DNA of 58,136 bases, filler included, from Squatina squatina (taxonomy: Eukaryota): assembly GCA_031763465.1 (NCBI GenBank). It is 2 parts of 2 records of this genome, joined end to end, with 100 filler letters (N's around TTAATTAATTAA, not from the genome) between each part and the next. Parts side by side here need not be neighbours in the genome. Positions count along the whole stretch, not along the records: positions 1 to 27,919 come from JARFOE010000233.1; 1 more part is not named here. One strand, given 5' to 3'. Below the pieces are notes generated by a model, which saw only the letters and a list, made by a program, of their open reading frames with translations, made no database searches and was not told where the DNA came from. Below are positions 11,271 to 24,316 of this stretch, in pieces; position 1 is the stretch's first letter, and every line of letters begins with the position of its first letter. Position numbers and translations under genes: made by a program.

Positions 11271-14200
11271 GCACTATAGTCCCATTTATAGATTGATCAA
11301 AAAGTCTTAAAATATCAATTTGCTGTTGCATTCTCTTTATGTTAGTTATAAGTACTATAAGCAGAATAGTTAAGTGGNNNNNNNNNNNNNNNNNNNNNNN
11401 NNNNNNNNNNNNNNNNNNNNNNNNNNNNNNNNNNNNNNNNNNNNNNNNNNNNNNNNNNNNNNNNNNNNNNNNNNNNNGTGCGAATGGTCCAGCAGCATGG
11501 GTGATTCACAATTCACAGGATATCTCCACAAGTTGCTGCACGATTTACATATTAATAGCACTGAATGCCATTAAACTCGCTGTTATCTTGGTAGCAAATT
11601 CTGGCTCCAATACTTAGAATAATTAGGCCTTTAGGCCTTCAAGGTGACAACCCCAGTTACACACCTCCACTTCAAAAGAATAAAGTGTGCCCAAGCTGTC
11701 AGCAGGAGAGAGGCACACGCTATGCCTGGGATTGTGCTCTGAGCCCCTGCATTAACAACAGCTCACCATGAGTTTCACCTTCCCAGCTGCAACCTCCATG
11801 CAGAGTCTGAGCTGGATTCCTCTCCTGCTCTCTCGATTTAGCATTGACTACTTGCCAACAAATTCCTGAACACGTGGCAGAATATTTCTACGTGAGTAGT
11901 AATGCTGATATGGCTGAAATGAATTTGAATTGCTAACTTGACATTGTGTCAATTATATCATCACCCAGCTGCAGCTGGAGCAAAGCTAGGTTTTTTAGGC
12001 TTGTCACACAACATGTCCAACCAATGCATAGCATCATTCANNNNNNNNNNNNNNNNNNNNNNNNNNNNNNNNNNNNNNNNNNNNNNNNNNNNNNNNNNNN
12101 NNNNNNNNNNNNNNNNNNNNNNNNNNNNNNNNNNNNNNNNGGCCAGTATCAGCTCGACAGCCCATTAAACAGCTCTCCTGATTTTTGTTCCCATTAATTT
12201 AAATGGGAGAGATGTTTAACGGGTGGCTGAGCTGCTATCGTGCGTTTTACAATATCGGAAAAGTCAAAATGACCTCCATTCTATTATTCCAGGTCACAAA
12301 CAGTTATCAGAAATTTAAAGGAACAAATTCAATTGTAAAAGAAAAATGAACGGTGGGAGGGGGATGGGGAGTAGAGCGAAATAGAAAAATCTGAGCAAAT
12401 TATTAACAAGATTAAGGGAGAATGTAAATGCCTTTGCCTCTGGCTGCAAACTCTCAATGAAAAATGAAGTCCTCCATTATAATATTTTCCACAATTCTCA
12501 GTGATCCATACAGATTATAATTGGAAACAGTTTTGTTATGTAGGTGCCTAAGGGCTATAGTTATTGTGGATTGCTATTACATTCTAAGCTTGCGACAAGC
12601 ACATTAATATGAACTCTGGTGAACGGAGAGAAACCACTGTCAGGGCAATAGTCCTCCTTGAGAGATGTGTAAAGGGACACAGAGGATTTGCAGATTTACA
12701 CAAAACTGTCAGAACTGATGTTTCATTGTATGAGAAAGAGAACCTGGGATTGCTGATTATTTTTCTTCTTGATAGCTATGTTCTCATTCATCAATCTGAC
12801 AGACAACTAGCACAGCAAACAAAGCTGCAGAAACTCCTGTCCCATTTGGCAAGAGCTGACTTGAATACATCATCAAGCAGAGTCTCCAAGAACAAACAGG
12901 TAAACCCTCTGCCTATTTGAAGGACTAATTAGCAGTTGTGCCCCTGTTACTTCTCGTCCTAGATATTTAACCTGCTGATTTTCTTGATGTTACAGTTCAG
13001 GACATCTCTCAGCACTCTCTATTTGTAGACACTGCAAAAAGCAGCTTCCATAGCCAAGTCTAATAACATCATATGAATTGAGACTGAGCCTTATGCATGT
13101 CATGAATGGAATAGTATACCTTAGGACTAATAATTATCCTTTTACCATGGAAACAACATTAGAAACCTACCGTGCTCTCCTGACCATTCTGAAAGGGGTT
13201 ATCTATCATACTGTTAGACTGTAACACAATGGTTAAAACTAATAGTAAGTTTTAATTACCAGCAAGATAATTATACAGAAGAATAAGGCAAGTAACCAGC
13301 AGTACAAAACTTGACTTGCACCATATTTAAACTGTTATAAAAGCAATAAAGAGTCAAAAATCTTAGACTCAGTTGACAGTTTTTGAAAGGTACTATGATA
13401 AAACATTGGTGATTCCCCGGAGTCTCGTATTGCTGTTTCACATTGAATAGACAGACAGAAGTCGGGAAATAAAGATTACAGGAAAAGCCCACAGCTGTTA
13501 CACAATTTTCTGGGACTCCAAAAACAGGTTTCATCTGAAAATCANNNNNNNNNNNNNNNNNNNNNNNNNNNNNNNNNNNNNNNNNNNNNNNNNNNNNNNN
13601 NNNNNNNNNNNNNNNNNNNNNNNNNNNNNNNNNNNNNNNNNNNNATGTCTCTCTGTGGGAAGAGCTAGCAGTTCTCATACTGGGACTACAGTAAACTATT
13701 AGGAAAGGTTTAACAGGAATTGAATACGGCATACAGATTCATTTCAGACAGTTGGGTAGCTGTCTTATGCACAGACAGACCTTTCTGCACTAAATCTTGG
13801 AACATGAAATACAGGATAATGGTGCTCGTGTCAGGAATTTGTCTTTGTTGATGTCTAGCTCAAATGCTATAGGCATAGAGCAATCGGGTAAATCCTAGGC
13901 CAACCATGCAGATGGTTCAAATCATCCTTCAAGGAACGAACTGTTTGGTCCTCTAGGATATAAAACAATGAGATCATATGCATAGGATTATAATATTACA
14001 GGGATGATTTTAACTCCCTTCCATCTATTGGGACTGGTGCAGACAGGCGGTCAAGATTCTGTGTCAACTTGTAGCACCTCTGCTCCGAGAATGCCTGACT
14101 TCCACTCCAAAAAAGGAGCGGAAGTTCTAGGCTGTCATCTCTAACCACACATTTACTCAATATAATTGCAGACTAGCCTAACTCTGTTCATCAGACAAGC

Positions 14201-15489
14201 ACGGAACTTTAAATTCACTTAGCTTAAAGCTATTGACTGCTTGTTACAAGCACCCTGTCTGTTCTTTCACTCTGTCTATGCCTCTCTCTCAGAACGGCTG
14301 ACATAAGCCTGTGAAATTGCACCCTTGCCCACCAAATGTCAATCACAGAGGGCTCCGCCCTATCAAAGACCTGCCAGTTTTCCCATTGGTTTTAAAACCA
14401 TCTGTCAAACAAAGTTGCACCCCCTTTGACTGGGACCTGCCCATTGAATTGTGAGCAAATGAAATAACTTTCATAACTTAATGAAATTAAATCACCTGAA
14501 AGTAAGAGAAGCCCAATTGGGTAGCACCACGCTGGTAGTGCTAGCGGATGAATTAGTTTGATTTTAGCACCGTATTAGTGCTGAATAAAAAAATTGTTGT
14601 ATTGGTCTCTTTAAGAAAAATTTTCAGTGGTGTTGCTACTGGGGCTTAATGGGAGCTCTAATCAGCTCATCTGTGGTGCTAAGGGGATGAGGCAGTCTCA
14701 ACTGCACCAATTCCTTGAACTCTTGTTGGGAGTTCATCACTTNNNNNNNNNNNNNNNNNNNNNNNNNNNNNNNNNNNNNNNNNNNNNNNNNNNNNNNNNN
14801 NNNNNNNNNNNNNNNNNNNNNNNNNNNNNNNNNNNNNNNNNNACTTAAGCCCACTGGTGCATAACTAGCCTGCTTATCCACTGCCAGATCTGTTTGGATC
14901 GCTTCAAACAGTACTGCTTCACTATCTCCCTAATCATTGTACTAATCCAGGATTATACCTGAAGGTAAGAGCAAATCCAGTGGCAAAGAACCTTCCCCAA
15001 CGCTTTCACTCACCCCTCCATCCTCATTCCTAACTCGAAACGTGACAAGCTCTTTTAAGTGAAGACATATGTTTGCTATTTTGCTGTGAACTAGTGCAGC
15101 CTGTGCTGCAGCATCTGTCATAGTAAAACCCAAAATAAGGCAATTCCTTTCAGTTTATTTTTACAAGCAAAATGTAACAACTTTATTTAAATTAACCTGG
15201 TTTGCTCTTCAGCTCTCCTTATTAAAATGCAAATGAATTGGCCCCAGGGGAAACTTTATCAATAAAGCTGTGATACTGTTTGTCATTTAAACATTATTAA
15301 AATCATTTTTTTTAATCCAGTACTCATTTTATCCTTATATTAATGCACTGATTGAATTGGCATTTTTCATGTTATCAGTTAAGTGTTTGCTTTCCGAAGA
15401 ATTAACTGAATTTGGTACTATTGCATCAAGAAGGTGTCCACTTAGTGGAGCTGCCACAGATCTGTGGTATGCACTAAATAAAGTCAGTG

Positions 15490-16619
15490 GGGGAGAAATT
15501 GGCTAACCCCCCCAAAACAGGCATGGGGATCGTGGTACGTGATTAACTCAAATTCTTGCATAGTGTTGCAGACAGCATGTTAAATTGGTGCTACCTGCTC
15601 TTTTAACTGATTTCTGTGCGCACCCAGTGCTACCCGCACTGTTCAATGGCTGCACGCATCAGCACGGGAACCGGTATTGTGAGTAACTAGAGCTACTTAA
15701 AGGCAGCCTGCACCTCTTAAAGGGGAGTTACATTGTGGCTGCAAGAAGTGGTGGGAATTTTTCAAAAGGCAATCTGGGCTGTGATACTTTGAGCAATGGC
15801 TGAATATGCGAGAGAGCGAGCACCAAGATTTTCAGAAAATATGCTGGAGATCTTGGTGCAAGATGTGGAAAAAAGGAGAGACATCCTGTATCCTCCAGAC
15901 ATATGATAAGGAGGCAGTGAGAACAAGGTCAATGCCAGGATTCTTGCTCCAAGAAGATGGATACAGTGTAGCAAGAAGTTTAACAATCTCACACAAGTTG
16001 TCAAGGTGAGTGAGTTCATCTTCAAATGTCACATCCTACCAACTGTACCACTAACCTCATCCACTGGTCAATTCATTACACCCCCACCCCACCCCCCCCT
16101 CTCAATCAGTTCTCAACCTTAAAATTTATATGTTTTGCATGACCTGAATTAGCACAGTTGCAAGCCTCGCAGCCACAACTCACAGCTCGCGCACACTGGT
16201 AGCTATTCAACCATGACAGCCACATCAGCCAAACACATTGCAATACACTCATTAACACACTTCCCTCTTTCTTGCAGGAGAAGGTGGCACAAAACAGCAG
16301 GCTGCAGCAAAGAACTGGAGGAAGCCAAGCATGTTTTAACCCCCATGGAGGAGACAGTGCTCGCCATCATAGCAAAGGGCATCACTGAGGATGTGGCCAC
16401 TGGCAGGGCTGAAGTGATCAATGATGAAGGTATCTGCATAGCTAATCCTCCTCCTTTAATTCGGCTTATCCCACATTCCTCATTCACTTCTAACTTAGAA
16501 GCTGCAGATGGTGTAAGCTTGCACTTCCTACTTTCTCCTCTCCTCTCACCACAATCCAACCCTTGTCCTTTTTTCATTTCAGATACCCAAGAACTGGAGC
16601 ATTCCCAGTCAGGGGGGGA
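15490..16619 (+). mobile_element. Harbinger/PIF-type DNA transposon with a decayed spliced Myb/SANT-domain gene
   Basis: TIR-like GGGGAGAAATTGG at ~15490. Exon 1 (15796-16005) reads MAEYARERAPRFSENMLEILVQDVEKRRDILYPPDI**GGSENKVNARILAPRRWIQCSKKFNNLTQVVK|GTGAGT. Exon 2 (16278-16429) reads EKVAQNSRLQQRTGG, then after a frameshift LTPMEETVLAII. Exon 3 starts at 16583 after TTTTTTCATTTCAG. Confidence 0.75.
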
Positions 16620-19600
16620 NNNNNNNNNNNNNNNNNNNNNNNNNNNNNNNNNNNNNNNNNNNNNNNNNNNNNNNNNNNNNNNNNNNNNNNNNNNNNNNNN
16701 NNNNNNNNNNNNNNNNNNNTATCTCTGGTCTTCATGCTTTACCTAAGAATTGCACAAGGGCCCCAACTTGGCAGTGTAGCCCATTTACATGCAGTTACTG
16801 CAGAATTTCTGCAATCATTTGTTCCATGTAATACTCATTCATGCGTTACGTATAGCATCTGGTTTTGATTATATCATTTCACAAGTACACATGCAAAATT
16901 TGCCACGATCATAAATTTTCATCAGCACATTTTGCAAAGTTGTTATTACAGTGTAATGAAGTAATGTAGTAATATGGATTGCATTCAGCATTACGTACAA
17001 CTGATTTCATTATTATAATTGTAATAGAGAAAAAAGTTGGATAATGCTTCGTGTTATGAATGTAATGGTACATTTCACCAATCAACCTTCAAGCAAATTA
17101 AGTCTGATAGATCTGAATTCTGAATATGGCGGAAGACTTCAGTCTTGTTAGACTACCAGATCAAGTTAGATGTGGAGTTGGATGATTCAAACTGATGGCA
17201 ATTCAGCCAAGTCCAGTTTTTCCACTCACGTTCTAATTCCCTGCCTGGCAGAAAAGGAGTAGAGATTTTACTGACAGCTGGAAAATTCCTCCCGAAATTT
17301 GTTTTAGTGGAAATTTTTCAATGCACTTTTTACATTTTGTGCTATTTTTTATTAAAAAAATTGATTACATTCATTTGCAGGGGTGGACATGATTACTGAC
17401 AAGGTGATATCATCAAATGCTTATTATGTTGTTACGCGCTTTTCATTATATAATCATAGTCATTTTATCTTGGAAACAAAGCCTCGTTCANNNNNNNNNN
17501 NNNNNNNNNNNNNNNNNNNNNNNNNNNNNNNNNNNNNNNNNNNNNNNNNNNNNNNNNNNNNNNNNNNNNNNNNNNNNNNNNNNNNNNNNNGATGGAACTG
17601 ACCCCCCTTTAAGTACTGATAGGGGCTGATAGATTAGTGGAAGCACTTAAGCCAATTGAGATAGTAAACACCTGAAAAAGCATAAGAAAATCCGCGCTAA
17701 GTATGGGCCTTTTAGCGCTGAAAGTTGCACGTTTTTTTAGACTTTTTTACAAATTTTTTCAAAGTGTTAAAAAGGCTGACTTTAGCCAAAAGTTCTAAGC
17801 CCAAAACTTAGCACCCAACTATCCCTTCGTTAGTGCCAGAAACTTAGGGCAATCAAATTGGGCGCCCAATGTGTCTCCTAATTACCATGAGCAGAGGCAC
17901 GGGAGATCTGGTAGTATTCATTAAATATGAATAATATTACCAATATCACTGATTTATATGGTCGAATAAACTGGAAACTACATCAGCAGTAGTTTGTGAA
18001 TAGTGGAATGGTTCAAAGATAAACTTCATTCTCTGAAGGTATGAATCTAGGTTGGTATAAACATTATCAATGTGTTTATTTAAGTGTTCTGCAACATAGT
18101 GTTTTCATCTTCAGTACATACAGCCCATAACACGAAGGGGAAGTTAATAACTGAAGATTACATTTGTCAGTCAGTATCTCTGTGTGAATGTGTACTCACC
18201 TTCAGATAGCACTGATAGGCCCTCACTCTATACTATCGAACTCGTTTGCTGGATAAACCCTTCGTTGCTTGAATGTAGATTTGCATGAAAAATTCATAGC
18301 CCTCACAGCGACTCTAATTTACTTGTCTTTCAGGATAAATATCCCTTTGAGACTTTGAGACACTCTAAGAATGAAAGTCAAAGTTAATGGCTCTACGTTT
18401 TGCCACAGGCCATCAAGCAACCCAAAAGCAGCCAATTAGTCACATCTTGGCATGTAAAAAACAGCTGGGGAAGGTGATCAGATAATAAGGGCTCCATGTC
18501 ACGTACATTAATCATTCCAGAAAATCATTCCCGCTTCACGGTATACTCCAATAATAAGTTAGATGTATTAAGACAAGCTNNNNNNNNNNGTACGTTTTCT
18601 AAGCTGTTACCAAGTAGATGCCTAACTATCTCGTAAATCCCACTAGAGCCCAGGGCCTAGAAATTGGAGCCTTTAGCGCTGGCCGTTAAGGTTGGCTTTG
18701 AAGAAAAAATGGCAGCTCCCTCTCTTCCGGCGCAGATCGTCATAAGGGCAATTCGGCAGTGCTGCCATTGCCTGCAGTCGCCGCAAGTATTTTAATTACC
18801 AGGAACGTGACATCAATCAGTGTGCGATGCCGAACTNNNNNNNNNNNNNNNNNNNNNNNNNNNNNNNNNNNNNNNNNNNNNNNNNNNNNNNNNNNNNNNN
18901 NNNNNNNNNNNNNNNNNNNNNNNNNNNNNNNNNNNNCTACAGTTAACGTTAATTCTCTTTTGAAACAGCCTCTGTATTTACAAAAACGGTCGCTATAGTG
19001 TTGCTTTAATGTAACAGTAAAGTATATATTAAAAGATTAGTGCGGGGATGGTTGATGTATTTCCCTTAAAGATTAAAAAGCTTTTAATCCACTATCAAAC
19101 ATTGATTGGTTATAAGGCTGAGAAATAAGACCTTCACTGTTAAGCCTGACTATTATTGATGTCTAATTGTCCCTTGTGTCTGGATGATTAGTTTTAGGGT
19201 CTTACCTCATCAGTGCATATGTTGGCTTTGGTGGCAGCAATAAACAAAACACTTAATCATGTCTGATAACTCCATCTCAACATAGGCGTCTTAGATAACA
19301 AGTCAGTAACTTAAAATTGCTTTTTTATCTTTTAGTACACCCTTTTCAGCTTAGTAATAGAATTGTCCACTTGGCAACCCAATTGACCTGTATATTTTGA
19401 GCAGAATTAATATTAATGTGGAAATGGTAAACACAAAAAAGATCATCAGTGGGGACCCTTGGTTGTTTGATACAAAGAATAAGGAGATATATTTATAATC
19501 AACGTAAAAGAAAATGAAATGGGTTTGGATGAGTTGGACAGAAAGTGAAGAGCCATACTCCATGTAGATAAGCCAGTCTGAAAATAATCTAGGTTAAGAT

Positions 19601-20069
19601 AATTCACTGACCTGTGTAACACCTCACAGACTATTCAAAGCAGGAGTTTTGCCTCCCGATAATTAATGATAATGGATATGGGTGGAACCCATCTAGTCAC
19701 AAGCTGGAGTGAGCAGGGGCCGTAACAATACGACCGCTCCATTGTGCGTGCTGGAATCCATGATCTTTCTCCTATCTTCCGGAAGGTGATGAGGCCAATT
19801 GTAAACCAACAAACTGGTTTATATTGCAGAAAATACGATACTGATCAGAATATTATTTTTGTTGAAACTCAGTCTTTTTATTGTTTCTCCTTGGAACATC
19901 AAAAATAACAAATCATGCAAACTTGGTTCTTGATATGGGCCTCGGTTCTTCATAAGTCAGTACTCGCTGNNNNNNNNNNNNNNNNNNNNNNNNNNNNNNN
20001 NNNNNNNNNNNNNNNNNNNNNNNNNNNNNNNNNNNNNNNNNNNNNNNNNNNNNNNNNNNNNNNNNNNNN

Positions 20070-20260
20070 CTTAATTAATCCCTTTGTCCTCCTTTGCTGA
20101 GTTTTAAACTGCTCCCAGTCCTCAGGTTTGCTGCTTTTTCAGGCCAATTTATATGTCTCCTCTAATACTATCCCTAATTTCCCATGTTAGCTACGGTTGA
20201 GCCACCCTTCCCGTTTTATTTTTGTGCCAGACAGGAATGAACAATTATTGTAGTTCATTC
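20070..20260 (-). mobile_element. CR1 LINE ORF2 fragment
   Basis: The minus strand reads FIPVWHKNKTGRVAQP*LTWEIRDSIR...KSSKPEDWEQFKTQQRRTKGLIK, typical of the CR1 region between endonuclease and RT. Confidence 0.65.
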
Positions 20261-21117
20261 ATCCATCCATTGACAATCAATCAGGCAAATCAGTGCATAT
20301 CAGAAGTGTAACAGTCAAAATAATTTCAAATTTTGGAACCCATTGACTTTCACAAACTAGGCAAAAACAATTCAACCATATTTAGAAAGCAAAATAATGT
20401 TATGCAGATACTTTATTATAAATAGGAGTGTTCTCAGATGATTTGTTCTAAGCGGCAAACTGAAGGGGCATTTAAGGACACAAAGCTACAGGAATGAAGA
20501 TACATGCCTACTTGCAGCATGTTTCCACTGAAGAAACCAGGAGTCATCTAAACTCACTGTACACAGTATACAGAATACATACAATTTCAGACATTTAGAG
20601 CTTGGTCACCAGTACCTGTAATCTCGTGAGAATATATTCCCACATAAAAGTTTTTAAAAGCAAACATACAATCATACATTTGTTCACATAGTTTTAAAAA
20701 ATACTGCAGATGGTGAATGTCAACAATTTTAAAGTCTGAACATAAATTAAAAAGTCTAGAATAGTTCTTTCCCACTTGAAGCTTAAAGCACTTTTGTGGC
20801 ATTATTTCCATCGTATCAGTTTTGACTTTTGAGCTCAGATTCTGACACGTGAAGCACTTTTACAAAGCCTGCAGGAGAAATATGATTGACAGTACTCTCA
20901 AGTGTTCTGAATTTCCCCAGTTTTTAGGCAAAAAAGATCAAAATAACCCACTTTCAAAGCACTTTCCATAGGACGCTAAAATATTCATGAACGTCATTCA
21001 CCTTTTCTTAATGCTTTGAAAATCTTCTTTGGAAGAGGCGACTCGGGAACCATAAGCATAACAATGTAAAAATCTGAGGTAAAACCCTTTGAGAGAGTGA
21101 GATAAAGAGCTTGAACG

Positions 21118-22791
21118 TCAGGATATAGTTCTGTTGTATCCACCANNNNNNNNNNNNNNNNNNNNNNNNNNNNNNNNNNNNNNNNNNNNNNNNNNNNNNN
21201 NNNNNNNNNNNNNNNNNNNNNNNNNNNNNNNNNNNNNNNNNNNNNNNNNNNNNNNNNNNNNNNNNNNNNNNNNNNNNNNNNNNNNNNNNNNNNNNNNNNN
21301 NNNNNNNNNNNNNNNNNNNNNNNNNNNNNNNNNNNNNNNNNNNNNNNNNNNNNNNNNNNNNNNNNNNNNNNNNNNNNNNNNNNNNNNNNNNNNNNNNNNN
21401 NNNNNNNNNNNNNNNNNNNNNNNNNNNNNNNNNNNNNNNNNNNNNNNNNNNNNNNNNNNNNNNNNNNNNNNNNNNNNNNNNNNNNNNNNNNNNNNNNNNN
21501 NNNNNNNNNNNNNNNNNNNNNNNNNNNNNNNNNNNNNNNNATAAACCTGTTCTCCCTGAATTGTATTGTCTCTACATCGTTGCACAAAGTCTGGAGTAAA
21601 AATTAAGTCGATATCGCAGAAGAGCAACAAACTGTCATTATGAAGTGAAGAGGAGCCCATTTCTAGGGCCAGGCCCCTGGAGAACTCTCCTTTCATAGAG
21701 AGAATGGTCATATCTGCTTTAGGATATTTAAGGTTAAGCTCTCTCATTAACTCCATGTGCTTGCCTTTATCTTGGATTGAATCAGAATTGAACAACAATA
21801 TGGATAGTTTTACATTCTGCTTTTGGATAAGGCAAGTCTTCTCAAAGTTCTCCATGAACCGGACAAATGTGTCATACCTTCCAGTGAGAGGGACTAGGAT
21901 GTGAACTTTCTGGCCACTACGTTCCTTCAGCTCTTTGGTGGTCTCTGTGAATTGGAATGGTGAGAAGATCTTCAGTGAGTTTGAGAGGAACGAGAAAGAC
22001 TGAGAGTCGCTGTTTATGCTTTCTGCAAGCTCTCTGGCATCAAGCTCTTCAGCCTCCTTCATGAATGCTTTACTAAAAGATTGTTGAATGTAGGCATGGC
22101 GTCTCACGGGAACCGTCACCTTTCTCCCCTTGTGTTTCTTATAAAGTAGCAGCAGATCCATGATGTACTCTGCTCCATGCATGGGGTTAACTCTTCGATA
22201 GCCATACTGAATTTCCTTAAATTCAATCACACGTCCTCTGGTCTTAGAGTTCCAGTTGATCATCTCCATAACCTGCATTATAGTGTCATCCAGTGCTGCA
22301 CGGAGCACACTGTTGATGCCCTGGCGAGGGATCTGTGTTTCTGCCATGCTAAAAAGGTGTTTCCCAGTCAGAAATTCCCATTCAAGGACCTCATTCCTGT
22401 CATGAGGCTGGAAACGCATAAAAGATGGCATTGTTCCAAGATGTTGATCCTCCTTGCGTACTTCCGTGTTGCTGAGCTTGCTCATAGAGACACATTCTCG
22501 ATGCAACTGAATGGTCCGATGGCGTAGTTCCGAAACTTTCCGGGTCAGCAAGTAGTTATGTAATCTATACTGATAGGCAGGTCTTTTGTTCGGATGGAGT
22601 GTTATAGCATTATGNNNNNNNNNNNNNNNNNNNNNNNNNNNNNNNNNNNNNNNNNNNNNNNNNNNNNNNNNNNNNNNNNNNNNNNNNNNNNNNNNNNNNN
22701 NNNNNNNNNNNNNNTGAATCTTACTGCTGCGCAAATCCTGAATGTATCCCTTTTTGTTGTGCTCATAATTCTCATAGAACAGCTGCTGCAT
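21118..22791 (-). CDS. CHSY3: Chondroitin sulfate synthase 3, last large coding exon (two internal gaps)
   Basis: Acceptor TTTTTTCATCTCCTCAG precedes MQQLFYENYEHNKKGYIQDL. Contains AITLHPNKRPAYQYRLHNY, KEIQYGYRRVNPMHG, SQSFSFLSNSLK, the DxD motif FCDIDL, RCRDNTIQGEQVY and the C-terminus YNRTIS*. NKRPAY, SQSFSF, TIQG and YNRT.S fit CHSY3 better than CHSY1. Confidence 0.92.
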   Translation of the reverse strand: MQQLFYENYEHNKKGYIQDLRSSKIXXXXXXXXXXXXXXXXXXXXXXXXXXXXXXXXXXHNAITLHPNKRPAYQYRLHNYLLTRKVSELRHRTIQLHRECVSMSKLSNTEVRKEDQHLGTMPSFMRFQPHDRNEVLEWEFLTGKHLFSMAETQIPRQGINSVLRAALDDTIMQVMEMINWNSKTRGRVIEFKEIQYGYRRVNPMHGAEYIMDLLLLYKKHKGRKVTVPVRRHAYIQQSFSKAFMKEAEELDARELAESINSDSQSFSFLSNSLKIFSPFQFTETTKELKERSGQKVHILVPLTGRYDTFVRFMENFEKTCLIQKQNVKLSILLFNSDSIQDKGKHMELMRELNLKYPKADMTILSMKGEFSRGLALEMGSSSLHNDSLLLFCDIDLIFTPDFVQRCRDNTIQGEQVYXXXXXXXXXXXXXXXXXXXXXXXXXXXXXXXXXXXXXXXXXXXXXXXXXXXXXXXXXXXXXXXXXXXXXXXXXXXXXXXXXXXXXXXXXXXXXXXXXXXXXXXXXXXXXXXXXXXXXXXXXXXXXXXXXXXXGGYNRTIS

Positions 22792-23899
22792 CTGAGGAGA
22801 TGAAAAAAATAAACGTTATTTTATTACTAAAGTTAAGTGCGGAACCAACATAAGAAGAAGTCAGGACACTATTATACACTTCTATTAACACAATATTTAC
22901 AACTTAAATAAATACTGCTTTAAAAGAAATGAAACAATCAAGTTCCATGCAATGACTATTTTCTCGGCAAAATTCCTGGACAGTCAGGAATAGCCTGCTG
23001 CAAACAATCTGCTAGAAGCCCATTGTGATGGTCACCTGCTGTGTGAACTTCTGCAATACTCAGTCAGACTACAGTATAAATATTATGCGGCTAAATGCTG
23101 CTGTTTTAACCAGCCCTAATCAGCATTCAGCACTAGCCCAGATGATGAGTTTGAGGATTTCTTGTGTAGCTACTTGCTAATAGACCTCACTATTGATGTG
23201 AGCAGATTGGTCCTCTGCAGAAAAGAGAAACCCAAAATGAAAAAATTCAAAGTATTGTGCCTACACTTACTTTCTCCATCTAAGAGTTGTAAAGGATTTG
23301 TTAGTTGTAATTACAATCAATATTTGCTCTGATGATGTCATTGTAACACTTTTGTACTCAATTATTTGCAGTTTCTGTTTCTAAATTAAGTAATCTTTAA
23401 TAAAAAGCTACATTTTTCTTTAGACTTGAGGGGGAAAAATAAATTTGAATAAATGTAAACCCACTTTACAGAAGACAACTTAAAGGTCATGTGGTGCCAT
23501 TCTTGCCGCCAGAGGCAAGAAAACAGAATTGACAAACTAATAATGTCTGAAGTAGATTAACAATTCTACACTGTTAGTACAGTGAAAATCAATGAGAATG
23601 GTTTAACCCAGGATGGTATTAATTGATCATTAGTTAGTCAAACCAAAAAGATAATTACATGAATACATGTGATACACTGGCTATACAGACTAGATGAACA
23701 TCTGGAGGTCAAACATGGAACTCAATTTTGACATTTGGGCAGTCGATTGGTGGAGTCCGTCAGCCGGCCTGCCTCTTGAGCCAGTGGCGAAGAGGCAGCT
23801 GCAATCATGAGGCTCCGATCTTCTTTGAATTCAGCAGGAAACTGCAGCATCCCAGTCCTTGGCCTCAGGAATTTCAGCCAGCTGGGATGCAGGCAGTGA

Positions 23900-24316
23900 C
23901 CCACAAGTAGGTCCTTGGAGGGGGAAGGCGATGCTAAGTTGGGGGCGAGGCTGGCTCGCAGCTTTCATATACAGCCAGGAGGAACACGCCTGCCCCACCA
24001 TAACACGTTAAAAATGTTCTGGCCGTTTCCTGATCGGAAGCATGAAGTGAAGCAAAGCGTGCACATCACACATTCCACCCATTTGTCCCTTAAAATTGCA
24101 ACTGGGGTCCTATAGACAGTGCAGGACCCTGATTTACACAAACAATGAACTAAACGCCTGTTTCATGCGGATGCTATGAGTGACTAAAAGCCATCCAACA
24201 TGGCGGCCACCAAACGTTGACTACAAATCAGGCACGGAAGATCGCAACCCAATTTTGTTCTACTTTTTTCTCGTTTTACGCTTGGAAAATGGGTGAAATG
24301 CGGTTGTATTTCTCCC
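23900..24316 (-). mobile_element. Possible Harbinger-type element end (TIR-like terminus and decayed 5' region)
   Basis: Ends in GTATTTCTCCC (reverse complement GGGAGAAATAC), similar to the terminus at 15490. GC-richer than its flanks. Weak support. Confidence 0.3.
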
